A DNA stretch of 24,000 bases, from NCBI RefSeq assembly GCF_026586665.1, contig NZ_JAODIY010000011.1:36533-60532 (forward strand), read 5' to 3'. Below are positions 7,301 through 14,394 of this stretch, one piece after another. The first letter of the stretch is position 1, and every line of letters begins with the position of its first letter. The position numbers and the translations under genes were made by a program. The notes below the pieces were generated by a model. That model saw only the letters and a program-made list of their open reading frames with translations, ran no database searches and was not told the DNA's origin. Source of the DNA: Halovenus rubra (lineage in GTDB: Archaea > Halobacteriota > Halobacteria > Halobacteriales > Haloarculaceae).

Positions 7301-7845
7301 CTCGTCTCAGTTTCCGCTTCCCGTTCACGTTCTCTTTCGAGTTCGCGGTCGATATCGTTTCCAATTTTCGAGACAGATTCGACCGTAACGACGTTGCCAC
7401 CACCAGGGTCGACGACGATAACTTCTTCCTCTTCCGATATTTCACCGTCCATGCTGCGAGCTTTGTAGTAGGGATTGAAACCGCCGTCAGAAAGTTTGAT
7501 TTCACCTTTCGTCGGTGTCACGCGTTCAGTGACGCGTCCCGTCGACCCTCGGAGTGACGAGGAGTCTGAGGTTTTCCCTTTGCCGGGGCCACCCATTACG
7601 TCGAGTTGGCGATATGCCCACAGCGTCGCCAGCGAACTAAGAAGGACAACAATAGCCATCAAGAGGAGATTAATCGGTCCCGGCAACAGGAAGGCACCGA
7701 GAAACCCCACCAATCCAGCAGCCAGCAGCGCGACCCCAACGACAAAAAAATGCGCTCCGGGTGCGAACGCCTCAGCGATGACGAGGCCTGCACCGACCAG
7801 TATCAACAAAAGCGGCAGATTCGTCAGGGCGAGCTCCAGCACCAT
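7297..7845 (-). CDS. NfeD-family membrane protein
   Basis: 182 aa. It has three N-terminal TM helices and then the C-terminal OB-fold pattern typical of short NfeD proteins (GSTGRVTERVTPTKGEIKLSDGG...EEEVIVVDPGGGNVVTVE). Confidence 0.85.
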   Translation of the reverse strand: MVLELALTNLPLLLILVGAGLVIAEAFAPGAHFFVVGVALLAAGLVGFLGAFLLPGPINLLLMAIVVLLSSLATLWAYRQLDVMGGPGKGKTSDSSSLRGSTGRVTERVTPTKGEIKLSDGGFNPYYKARSMDGEISEEEEVIVVDPGGGNVVTVESVSKIGNDIDRELEREREREAETETS

Positions 7846-7907
7846 ACGCTAAAGTTGGAGACCGTGGGGGAAAACAGTTCTGGGTTCTACGGTGGTGAGC
7901 CGTCTAG

Positions 7908-8132
7908 TTACCAGTACGCTGTGCGGCTCCAGCGCTTCCATGGGCGTCCCATCGCAGCAAAGACCAGCAGCGACAACACGACGATTCCAAGAGAAAAAAG
8001 CGCTGGCTGTTGCCATTGAGAGGAACGCAACAGCTTGTTTCCAAACAACACAAAGTTAGCAACGATACCCAACACTGCAAGGGAAACAGCCGTCACGACA
8101 GCCGTGCCCGCGAGCGTACGCCATTGCATCAA
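7908..8132 (-). CDS. Small two-TM membrane protein (74 aa)
   Basis: There are two clear hydrophobic helices (AGTAVVTAVSLAVLGIVANFVLF and ALFSLGIVVLSLLVFAAM) with a basic loop and tail. It lies directly upstream of NfeD on the same strand. I recognise no family. Confidence 0.5.
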   Translation of the reverse strand: MMQWRTLAGTAVVTAVSLAVLGIVANFVLFGNKLLRSSQWQQPALFSLGIVVLSLLVFAAMGRPWKRWSRTAYW

Positions 8133-8190
8133 CTGTTGCTACGGAGTCCCAATATAAAATCCCAAGGGTCCACACCCCTGAACGCTCTGT

Positions 8191-8925
8191 ATGACTACCG
8201 TTGTTGTGCCGGCCGAGTTGGCCGATGAGGAGCCATTGCCCGCGTTACAGCCCGAGCCGTTGTCTCGGGAAGAAGCGTCGGTGCTGTACCGCGCTTCGCT
8301 GTTGGATGTATGTACCACGGTCCAGCACGGTGAGGCTGACCTGCTGGTGAACTATCCCGACGCCGAACGTGTGGCAAGTGACGCTCCTGAGACAGAGTTG
8401 CGTGACCTGCTGGCAGACGAACTGGCAAATCCGGATGCCGCCCGTTACGAGGTACAGGTCGGAGAGACCGACGATAGCCGCGTCGGGAACGCACTCACCT
8501 ATCTACTCGAGACAGAATCCGAGCCAACAGCGGGTGTACTTGACCCGACTGTGCCACTTCTCCGGCGCGACCATATCGGAGCAATGGCAATGAAGCTCCG
8601 GGCAAGCGATGTTGTTCTTGGGCCAACCACGGACGGCGGACTCTACTTTGCTGGGTTTAGCGAGCCGGTTGACTTTACCGATAGCTACGACTCGCCTGCA
8701 GTTGAGACGATGACACAACGTGCAAGAGAGGCAGGGCTATCGGTCGAATACCTTCCTGTGTTACCGCGAATCGACACGCAATCTGGGCTGGCGACAACGG
8801 CTGCACTTATCCGTGCGCGAGACGCTGCCGAACGAATTGTCCCATCACGGACGACCGCCTGTCTCGAAGAGTTGGCCTTGCAAATTGACGACGGGACGGT
8901 CGCACCGAGTTCCGACAGGTCTTAG
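8191..8925 (+). CDS. DUF2064-like (TIGR04282 glycosyltransferase-like) protein
   Basis: 244 aa. The pattern LLDV...Q.GE.D.SRVGNAL...LDPTVPLL...DVVLGPTTDGGLYFAGF matches my memory of the DUF2064 consensus (Q.G.DLG.R...D.P.L...D.V.GPA.DGGYYL.G). Confidence 0.65.
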   Translation: MTTVVVPAELADEEPLPALQPEPLSREEASVLYRASLLDVCTTVQHGEADLLVNYPDAERVASDAPETELRDLLADELANPDAARYEVQVGETDDSRVGNALTYLLETESEPTAGVLDPTVPLLRRDHIGAMAMKLRASDVVLGPTTDGGLYFAGFSEPVDFTDSYDSPAVETMTQRAREAGLSVEYLPVLPRIDTQSGLATTAALIRARDAAERIVPSRTTACLEELALQIDDGTVAPSSDRS

Positions 8926-8956
8926 AAGGGGGAGAAAAAACGTTGGGGTGGAGCTT

Positions 8957-9041
8957 GGTGGGATAGCAAAGTGGCCTAATGCGCCTGCCTTGAGAGCAGG
9001 TGGGGCTTTGCCCCTCCTGGGTTCAAATCCCAGTCCCACCG
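8957..9041 (+). tRNA. tRNA-Ser (anticodon UGA)
   Basis: Manual cloverleaf: acceptor GGTGGGA/TCCCACC plus discriminator G; 3-bp D stem GCA/TGC; anticodon stem CCTGC/GCAGG with loop CTTGAGA (anticodon TGA); long variable arm GGGGCTTTGCCCC; T arm CTGGG-TTCAAAT-CCCAG. Length is 85 nt and no CCA is encoded. Confidence 0.93.
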
Positions 9042-9321
9042 TATTTTGCCACAAACAGAACGTGAGTTCTAACATCGTTCACTGAGAATTTGAACACGTG
9101 GAGTCCTCAGGGTTCGAAATTCGCCGTGCGCTTTTCAAGCCAGCCAGACAGCTTCGATTTCTGATGACGCCGAGCCAAAACAAATCGCCCGCCTTCTTTC
9201 GGTGCAATTTCAGTCCCAGCGCTTCTAAGCGAACAACCCACGGAGAGTGGGTAGGTTCCATCTGAAACCTGAAGCGCTGTCTCTCCTCGTACAATCGAGG
9301 GCGAAATGACTATACGTCAAC

Positions 9322-10056
9322 GTGAAACACACAGTGATAGTGACGACTGCAATCGAAACACGAGGGTTGACCAAGCAGCTTGGCGACGTGTTGGCAGTTG
9401 ACGACCTCGACCTCTCAATCTCGTCCGGGACGGTCTACGGTTTTGTTGGGCCAAACGGTGCTGGCAAAACGACGACAATACGAATGCTCGTCGGCCTTCT
9501 GTCTCCCGATGCCGGGACTGCATTAGTCGATGGAACCGCAGCTAGCAACCGAAAAGAGCTCACCGACACAGTTGGCTATCTTCCGGCAGAGGCACCATTG
9601 TACGACGAACTCACCGGCCGTGAGCAACTGCAGTACGCAGCCCAGTTTCGGCGACTTGACGATGGTGACCGGGTTGAGCACGCACTAGAGCGGTACGACC
9701 TCGTCGACGCCGCCGACCGCCGGGTTAGCGGTTACTCGACGGGAATGCGCCGGAAACTTGGCCTCGCGCAGGCGACGCTTCATGACCCCCCAATACTGAT
9801 ACTCGATGAGCCACTGAACGGTCTTGACCCGGGGGCGACGCGGACGGTCAGAGAACTCGTCAACGAGGTCAGTGATGACGGGACAACCGTGATGATTTCT
9901 TCTCACGACCTCGCCACCGTCGAATCAATCTGTGACCAGGTTGGCATCGTCAGCGATGGACGGCTGGTCGCCGACGCGTCGCCAGAATCACTCTCAGCAA
10001 GCGTCGCTGAGGACGCCGACCTCGAAGCTGCCGTCATCGAGCTAACGGACCAATGA
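9322..10056 (+). CDS. ABC transporter ATP-binding protein (ABC-2/DrrA-like subfamily)
   Basis: 244 aa with a GTG start. Motifs present: Walker A GPNGAGKTT, signature YSTGMRRKL, Walker B ILILDEP and H-loop SSHDL. The stop overlaps the next start as ATGA at 10053-10056. Confidence 0.93.
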   Translation: MKHTVIVTTAIETRGLTKQLGDVLAVDDLDLSISSGTVYGFVGPNGAGKTTTIRMLVGLLSPDAGTALVDGTAASNRKELTDTVGYLPAEAPLYDELTGREQLQYAAQFRRLDDGDRVEHALERYDLVDAADRRVSGYSTGMRRKLGLAQATLHDPPILILDEPLNGLDPGATRTVRELVNEVSDDGTTVMISSHDLATVESICDQVGIVSDGRLVADASPESLSASVAEDADLEAAVIELTDQ

Positions 10057-11612
10057 GCGCCATAACGCCCCTTTACAACGCGCTTCTCGTTGCACGCTTG
10101 CAACTCCACCGGAGTTTGCGGCGCGCACTCGACCAGCCACGTACTCTCTTGTTACAAGTTGGCTTTTTTGTAGCGGTGTGGGTGTATGTGGTGTTTGCCG
10201 GGTCACAGATGCCCGGCGTAGAGGGGGCGACTGGAACGACAGGCGAGCTTGACCCAACCGAGCTTCGGAACGGCGTCCGCGGTGGAATCGTTGTTCTCTG
10301 GCTGTTCAACGTCGCCACCGCGCTAAAGGGAACGCCAACACACGCTAGTCAGGTCCCCGGCGGTGGGTTCTTGCTTCGCTCGGCAGATATTCGTCCGACG
10401 CTGTGGGGGACGATGCTCGCAGAGTATGCACGCCGTCTGGCATTGTACGGACTCTTTGCCATCACAGCAGTCGTTACACTCCTTTGGGGACTTGGCTTGC
10501 CAACCAGAGACCCGCTAGTGATGTTCTCGTTTTTGCTCTTATTTCTCACTGCCGAGCTAACCGGGATGACCCTCCGGTTGGGCGTGGCTGCCTCTGGATT
10601 CCGCCTTGGCGCTGTCGGGAGAGTTATCGTCGGTGGTGTCGGCATTGTTGTTGTTTCGTTTGCGCTTGGCTACCCGAATGCAACACTTACGGTTCTCTCA
10701 CAGATACCGGTAGCAAACTTCGCTGAAGCGTTTCTCTCAGGAATTCCCGCAGTTACACCCGACAGGACGGCACTCGTTTGGACCATCGTGGTTAGCACTG
10801 CGACCATTCCGTTTATCGCAATTCTCATTGAGCGGCTTGCCCAGCGAACGTGGTTCAGCGGCGACCAGCGTCCCGCGCCGGGAACCAATCGGACCCAAGT
10901 CGGACAGTGGCTCGAATCCCTCGGTGTCGAAGGACCTGCCCGCGCAGTGGCTTGGCGACTCTGGCTCCAGTCACGGCGGAAACCAATGGTCCTCGGGCTG
11001 CTGGGTGTCCCGCTACTTATTGTCGGTCTGGCTGTTGTCGACCCCGAGGGAAGCCATTTCGCGTTGTTCCCCCTCTCAATGGGGCTGTACGCCGTCTGGA
11101 TGACTGGGTTCGTGTTGACGCTCAATCCGCTCTCCTCAGAGGGTGGGACACTGCCACACCTACTTACTGCAAATGGGGACGAAATTGTCACCGGCTACGC
11201 GCTCACTGCCGCTGTTATCGGGCTTCCAGTCACGGTTGCGACAATCGTCGCCGGTGGGCTTCTCATCGGACCGCCATCGCTCATTTTGCCTGGGATGGTG
11301 GTCTGTATTGCGGTCTTCCTCGGGACGGTTCCAACCGGCATCGCGTTCGGCCTCATTCTCCCCCGTCTCGAAGCAGTCCCAATCGAGACTGACGGGCCAC
11401 TTACGCCAGGCAAGTTCGCAATGGCCGGACATGGACTTGCTGTTGCAGTTCTGGCCGCTCCTGCGGTTATTGCTCTCTACGGGACACAAACATTCGTGCC
11501 TGAGTGGGTGGCTATCGTCGGGGTTACACTCACGTTGCTGTGTTCACTCGCTGCCGGTGTACTCTCCAGACGAAGTGCTGCACGACAACTGGACAGTCTA
11601 ATGTTGGACTGA
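10053..11612 (+). CDS. ABC exporter permease, about 12 TM helices (6+6 arrangement)
   Basis: 519 aa and translationally coupled to the ATPase. By eye there are about 12 hydrophobic helices in two blocks, separated by a basic loop (ERLAQRTWFSGDQRPAPGTNRTQ...WLQSRRKP). There is no substrate-binding protein gene, so it is exporter-type. Confidence 0.8.
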   Translation: MSAITPLYNALLVARLQLHRSLRRALDQPRTLLLQVGFFVAVWVYVVFAGSQMPGVEGATGTTGELDPTELRNGVRGGIVVLWLFNVATALKGTPTHASQVPGGGFLLRSADIRPTLWGTMLAEYARRLALYGLFAITAVVTLLWGLGLPTRDPLVMFSFLLLFLTAELTGMTLRLGVAASGFRLGAVGRVIVGGVGIVVVSFALGYPNATLTVLSQIPVANFAEAFLSGIPAVTPDRTALVWTIVVSTATIPFIAILIERLAQRTWFSGDQRPAPGTNRTQVGQWLESLGVEGPARAVAWRLWLQSRRKPMVLGLLGVPLLIVGLAVVDPEGSHFALFPLSMGLYAVWMTGFVLTLNPLSSEGGTLPHLLTANGDEIVTGYALTAAVIGLPVTVATIVAGGLLIGPPSLILPGMVVCIAVFLGTVPTGIAFGLILPRLEAVPIETDGPLTPGKFAMAGHGLAVAVLAAPAVIALYGTQTFVPEWVAIVGVTLTLLCSLAAGVLSRRSAARQLDSLMLD

Positions 11613-11764
11613 CCCGAACAGTCTAACGACGACTCTCTGACATACATAGCGAGGGAAGTCACGTGATGCAAGCAAATGCAAGCGCTGAGAGTGTTCCGCG
11701 TCACAGGTATTGGCTGAGTGGGCCACGGAGAGTCAAGAGCTAATAAGGAAAACGAAACAGGCAG

Positions 11765-11835
11765 TGCGCGATCCGGGAATTGAACCCGGGCTATGAGCTT
11801 GGGAAGCTCATGTCCTACCACTAGACCAACCGCGC
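11765..11835 (-). tRNA. tRNA-Gly (anticodon CCC)
   Basis: The reverse complement folds as: acceptor GCGCGGT/ATCGCGC plus A; D arm GTCT-AGTGGTA-GGAC; anticodon stem TGAGC/GCTCA with loop TTCCCAA (anticodon CCC); T arm CCGGG-TTCAATT-CCCGG. Length is 71 nt. Confidence 0.93.
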
Positions 11836-11969
11836 ACATTGGAAATGCCATCCCGGGCGTACTTCAGTGTAGCGTTTCTTTCAGTGAACGAACGTCCATT
11901 TTTTTGTAAATCGGTCACAATTCTACTGGGTTCCGACCGGTTTATCACTGTTCACGCCAACTCACGGGC

Positions 11970-12815
11970 ATGACGGACACCGCAAGCGCGGACAACCCTC
12001 TCGACCTCCGGTTCTCGAAAGCCGAACTGGAACGCCAGCGCGACCACATAACCTCGTTTATTACCGACACCTACAACGCGTCAGGGGCTGCATCAGCAGT
12101 CATCTGTCTCTCGGGTGGTATCGACAGCACGCTTACATCCCATCTTGCCGTCGAAGCTCTCGGCCAAGAGGCAGTCTACGGACTCGTCCTACCAAGCACT
12201 GTCAACATCGACGAGAATATGAGCGATGCCGAACGCGTCGCAAGCGAACTACTCGACATCGAATACGACATCGTCGAGATTAACCCACTTGTCGAGGCGT
12301 TTCTGGCTGCTAACCCGAACGTCGACCCCGACGAGATGGGAGACGACGCGGTACAGGTAGCCGTTGGAAACCTCCGAGCGCGTATCCGGGCAATCCTTGC
12401 CTTTTTCGAAGCGAACCGGCGTGGCGGGCTGGTCCTCGGTACGGGCAACCGGAGCGAGGCGGCGGTCGGCTACTACACGAAGTATGGAGACGGTGCAGTA
12501 GACTGTCACCCAATCGGTAACCTCTACAAACAGCAGGTCAGACAGCTCGCCGAACATCTCGGTGTTCCCGAGCGGATGGCGACCAAAACGGCAACTGCCG
12601 GGCTGTGGGACGACCAGACTGACGAGTCTGAGCTTGGCGTCGGCTACGACACGCTCGATTCAATCCTTGCGCTCCACATCGACGGGCCGGTCTCAGCACA
12701 GGCAACCGCGGACGAGATTGGTGTCGAAGAGTCGGCTATCGAGCATGTTCGGGACCTACACGAGAAAAGCTACCACAAACGAGCGATGCCACCGTCGCCG
12801 GAGCCACTCCGTTAG
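11970..12815 (+). CDS. nadE: NAD+ synthase (NH3-dependent)
   Basis: 281 aa. It has the PP-loop SGGIDS and typical NadE motifs (VLGTGNRSE, GYYTKYGDG, PIGNLYKQQVRQLA, PTAGLW). A TATA-like GTTTATC lies about 27 bp upstream. Confidence 0.93.
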   Translation: MTDTASADNPLDLRFSKAELERQRDHITSFITDTYNASGAASAVICLSGGIDSTLTSHLAVEALGQEAVYGLVLPSTVNIDENMSDAERVASELLDIEYDIVEINPLVEAFLAANPNVDPDEMGDDAVQVAVGNLRARIRAILAFFEANRRGGLVLGTGNRSEAAVGYYTKYGDGAVDCHPIGNLYKQQVRQLAEHLGVPERMATKTATAGLWDDQTDESELGVGYDTLDSILALHIDGPVSAQATADEIGVEESAIEHVRDLHEKSYHKRAMPPSPEPLR

Positions 12816-12856
12816 CTGTCGCTTGTCGTGTTCGAGCAACAGAGAACGAAGACCGT

Positions 12857-13123
12857 CTAGAGCCGACCGACGTCTTCGACGGAGACGCTTTCGACATCGT
12901 CAACAGTCGAAAATGCTTCTTCGACGGCTTCGGTTCCGCCCTCCTCGTCAGGAACGATAACCGTCGGAATAAGCGCGGTCAGGCCGAAAGCAACGTCATC
13001 AGTATTGACGCCGCTAATTTCTGCGCCTTCTGGAAGGGACTCCTCAAGTTGGTCTTGCAGGTCGTCTAGGTCGATTTCCGGGCTGTTCGGCATAACTTTG
13101 ACTGCGGCTGCTACGTCACCCAT
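12857..13123 (-). CDS. ef1b: Elongation factor 1-beta (aEF-1beta)
   Basis: The true start is the internal ATG at 13123 of track ORF 12857..13213. The product is [88 protein letters not shown] (88 aa), a canonical aEF-1beta sequence. It starts 2 nt after the stop of the upstream zinc-finger gene. Confidence 0.9.
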   Translation of the reverse strand: MGDVAAAVKVMPNSPEIDLDDLQDQLEESLPEGAEISGVNTDDVAFGLTALIPTVIVPDEEGGTEAVEEAFSTVDDVESVSVEDVGRL

Positions 13124-13125
13124 CG

Positions 13126-13305
13126 TTATGGTCCTGTGAACCCGCAGTCTGGGCACTGATAGAGGTTGCTCTGTTTGCGACACTTGGCACAGCGATAGAC
13201 TTGGTGGCCACACTCCGGACAGTCAAACTGTGCGGCGTTAGACCCTGCGACGTTGATGCCACAGGAGATACACTGATTTCTGATTTGCTCTTGCAGTCCG
13301 CTCAT
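13126..13305 (-). CDS. HVO_2753-family small zinc-finger protein (59 aa, four CxxCG motifs)
   Basis: It is hidden inside track ORF 13126..13512, with the ATG at 13305. The product is [59 protein letters not shown]. Length, motif spacing and the position directly upstream of aEF-1beta match Haloferax volcanii HVO_2753 as I recall it. A TATA-like GTTAAAAG lies about 27 bp upstream. Confidence 0.9.
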   Translation of the reverse strand: MSGLQEQIRNQCISCGINVAGSNAAQFDCPECGHQVYRCAKCRKQSNLYQCPDCGFTGP

Positions 13306-13378
13306 GTCGTCCCGTTTAGCGTCATGGCTTTTAACGCTTGTTAACTTCGACGAAAGTTCTGGTACTGGCTTACATGTC

Positions 13379-14287
13379 TCATTCGGCAGAGTCCGGACGA
13401 TACTGTTCGTCCGGGATGGTTGGGTCTGCAAGCGCACTTCGCGTTGGAGTGTCGTCCTCCCAGATGTAGAATCCTTCTCCAGCTTCCTTGCCTGTCTGTC
13501 CCTCCTCGACAAGCGCAGTTAACATCGGTGGCGGCTCGAATCGCGAACCAAGCCGCTCGGAAAGCGATCGTAAGGTATCGTACCGCTCGTCGAGACCAAC
13601 GCTATCTGCTCGTTCGAGCGGACCGACCTCGGAGCGATACGTGTGCTTGAATGCAGTATCGATGGCCTCAACACCAGCTACCCCCTCATCAAGCATCCGG
13701 ATTGCGGCAACTTCGAGCGCGAGCGTGAGTCGCAACGAGAGGTTGCCGGGAGTGTCTCGAACAGAGACGCAGTCACTTGAGACACGCTCAGCGAGTTGCC
13801 AAGCAAGAGATGCAGCCTCCGAGCCGGTCTGCTCAGCCATGACAACCTCAACGAACGGCTCCGGAAAGCGGTGAAAGCGAAAGCCAACTGCTTGCTTGGG
13901 CTGTCGGAGCCCTGCTGCCGCGTTCGTGACAGAGATTGCTGAAACAGCGCTCGAAACAACGGCATCGTCAAGCAACTCCTCCAGTTTGGCAAACCGTGTC
14001 TGTAACGCTGAGACGTCCTGTGTTGTCGCGTCGATGACGATATCAACGTCAGTCACTGCGGCATCTAGTCCCGTTGTTCCTTCGAGGCGCTTGACAGCCA
14101 TGTCCCGCCGGTCGGCGTCGACGTAGCCCGTATCGTATGCATCGTCGATATCTCGCTCGATAATGTCGATGCCGTCCATTACAGCAGTCGCGTCAGTAGC
14201 GTGGAGCCGGACTGTTTCACCAGCAAGGAGACAAGCACGCGCAATCTCTTGTGCCGCCCTGTCGGCACCCAGCACAGCAATGTCCAT
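13379..14287 (-). CDS. 3-hydroxyacyl-CoA dehydrogenase family protein (motifs degenerate)
   Basis: 302 aa. The overall organisation resembles HBD/HADH, with an N-terminal Rossmann-type domain and a C-terminal helical domain ([60 protein letters not shown]). The GxGxxG motif reads GADRAA and the SNTSS-like motif reads SSAVSA. Confidence 0.8.
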   Translation of the reverse strand: MDIAVLGADRAAQEIARACLLAGETVRLHATDATAVMDGIDIIERDIDDAYDTGYVDADRRDMAVKRLEGTTGLDAAVTDVDIVIDATTQDVSALQTRFAKLEELLDDAVVSSAVSAISVTNAAAGLRQPKQAVGFRFHRFPEPFVEVVMAEQTGSEAASLAWQLAERVSSDCVSVRDTPGNLSLRLTLALEVAAIRMLDEGVAGVEAIDTAFKHTYRSEVGPLERADSVGLDERYDTLRSLSERLGSRFEPPPMLTALVEEGQTGKEAGEGFYIWEDDTPTRSALADPTIPDEQYRPDSAE

Positions 14288-14364
14288 ACTATCGTTCAGA
14301 CACGGCTGGGGCTAAGCACTTGTGGCTCCGAGGCAGTATCAAATACAAAAATGGTAGGCATACA

Positions 14365-14370
14365 TTTAAT
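14365..14370 (+). promoter_or_regulatory. TATA-like box (TTTAAT) for the htrII-sopII operon; implies a leaderless or near-leaderless mRNA
   Basis: TTTAAT is centred about 27 bp upstream of the ATG at 14395, in an AT-rich divergent intergenic region. No Shine-Dalgarno-like sequence is evident. Confidence 0.4.
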
Positions 14371-14394
14371 CGGTTTCCGGAGCTATCAAAAACA

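Noticed and set aside
8720-9085. Track ORFs 8720..9085 (+) and 8845..9075 (-)
   Set aside because: They overlap the well-folded tRNA-Ser and the end of the DUF2064-like gene, and their translations are basic and low-complexity.
9162-9265. C/D-box sRNA (TGATGA at 9162-9167, CTGA at 9262-9265)
   Set aside because: The boxes are about 100 nt apart with no D'/C' boxes at the 12-nt guide spacing expected for archaeal C/D sRNAs.
9079-9294. 71-aa minus-strand ORF in the tRNA-Ser/ABC intergenic region
   Set aside because: It is basic, Arg/Cys/Trp-rich and unlike haloarchaeal proteins, and I see no promoter geometry. The region is better explained as non-coding structured sequence.
9042-9321. Possibility that the region is the SRP (7S) RNA gene, which in some archaea lies next to tRNA-Ser
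   Set aside because: The size is roughly right. However, I find no AGCA/GGAA helix-8 signature on either strand (no AGCA or TGCT at all) and no 5'/3' terminal helix, so SRP RNA is unlikely.
8957-11835. tRNA-bracketed ABC operon as an integrated mobile element or genomic island
   Set aside because: There is no integrase, transposase or phage-like gene. By eye I found no direct repeat of either tRNA 3' end, and composition is similar to the surrounding genes.
11477-11851. 124-aa minus-strand ORF
   Set aside because: It overlaps the tRNA-Gly(CCC) gene and the 3' end of the permease gene, so it is spurious.
14251-14394. 48-aa N-terminal extension of the Htr ORF ([14 protein letters not shown]...)
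   Set aside because: The extension is basic and Cys-rich, overlaps the divergent upstream gene's start and the promoter region, and contains the TATA-like box. The ATG at 14395 gives a normal Htr N-terminus followed by TM1.
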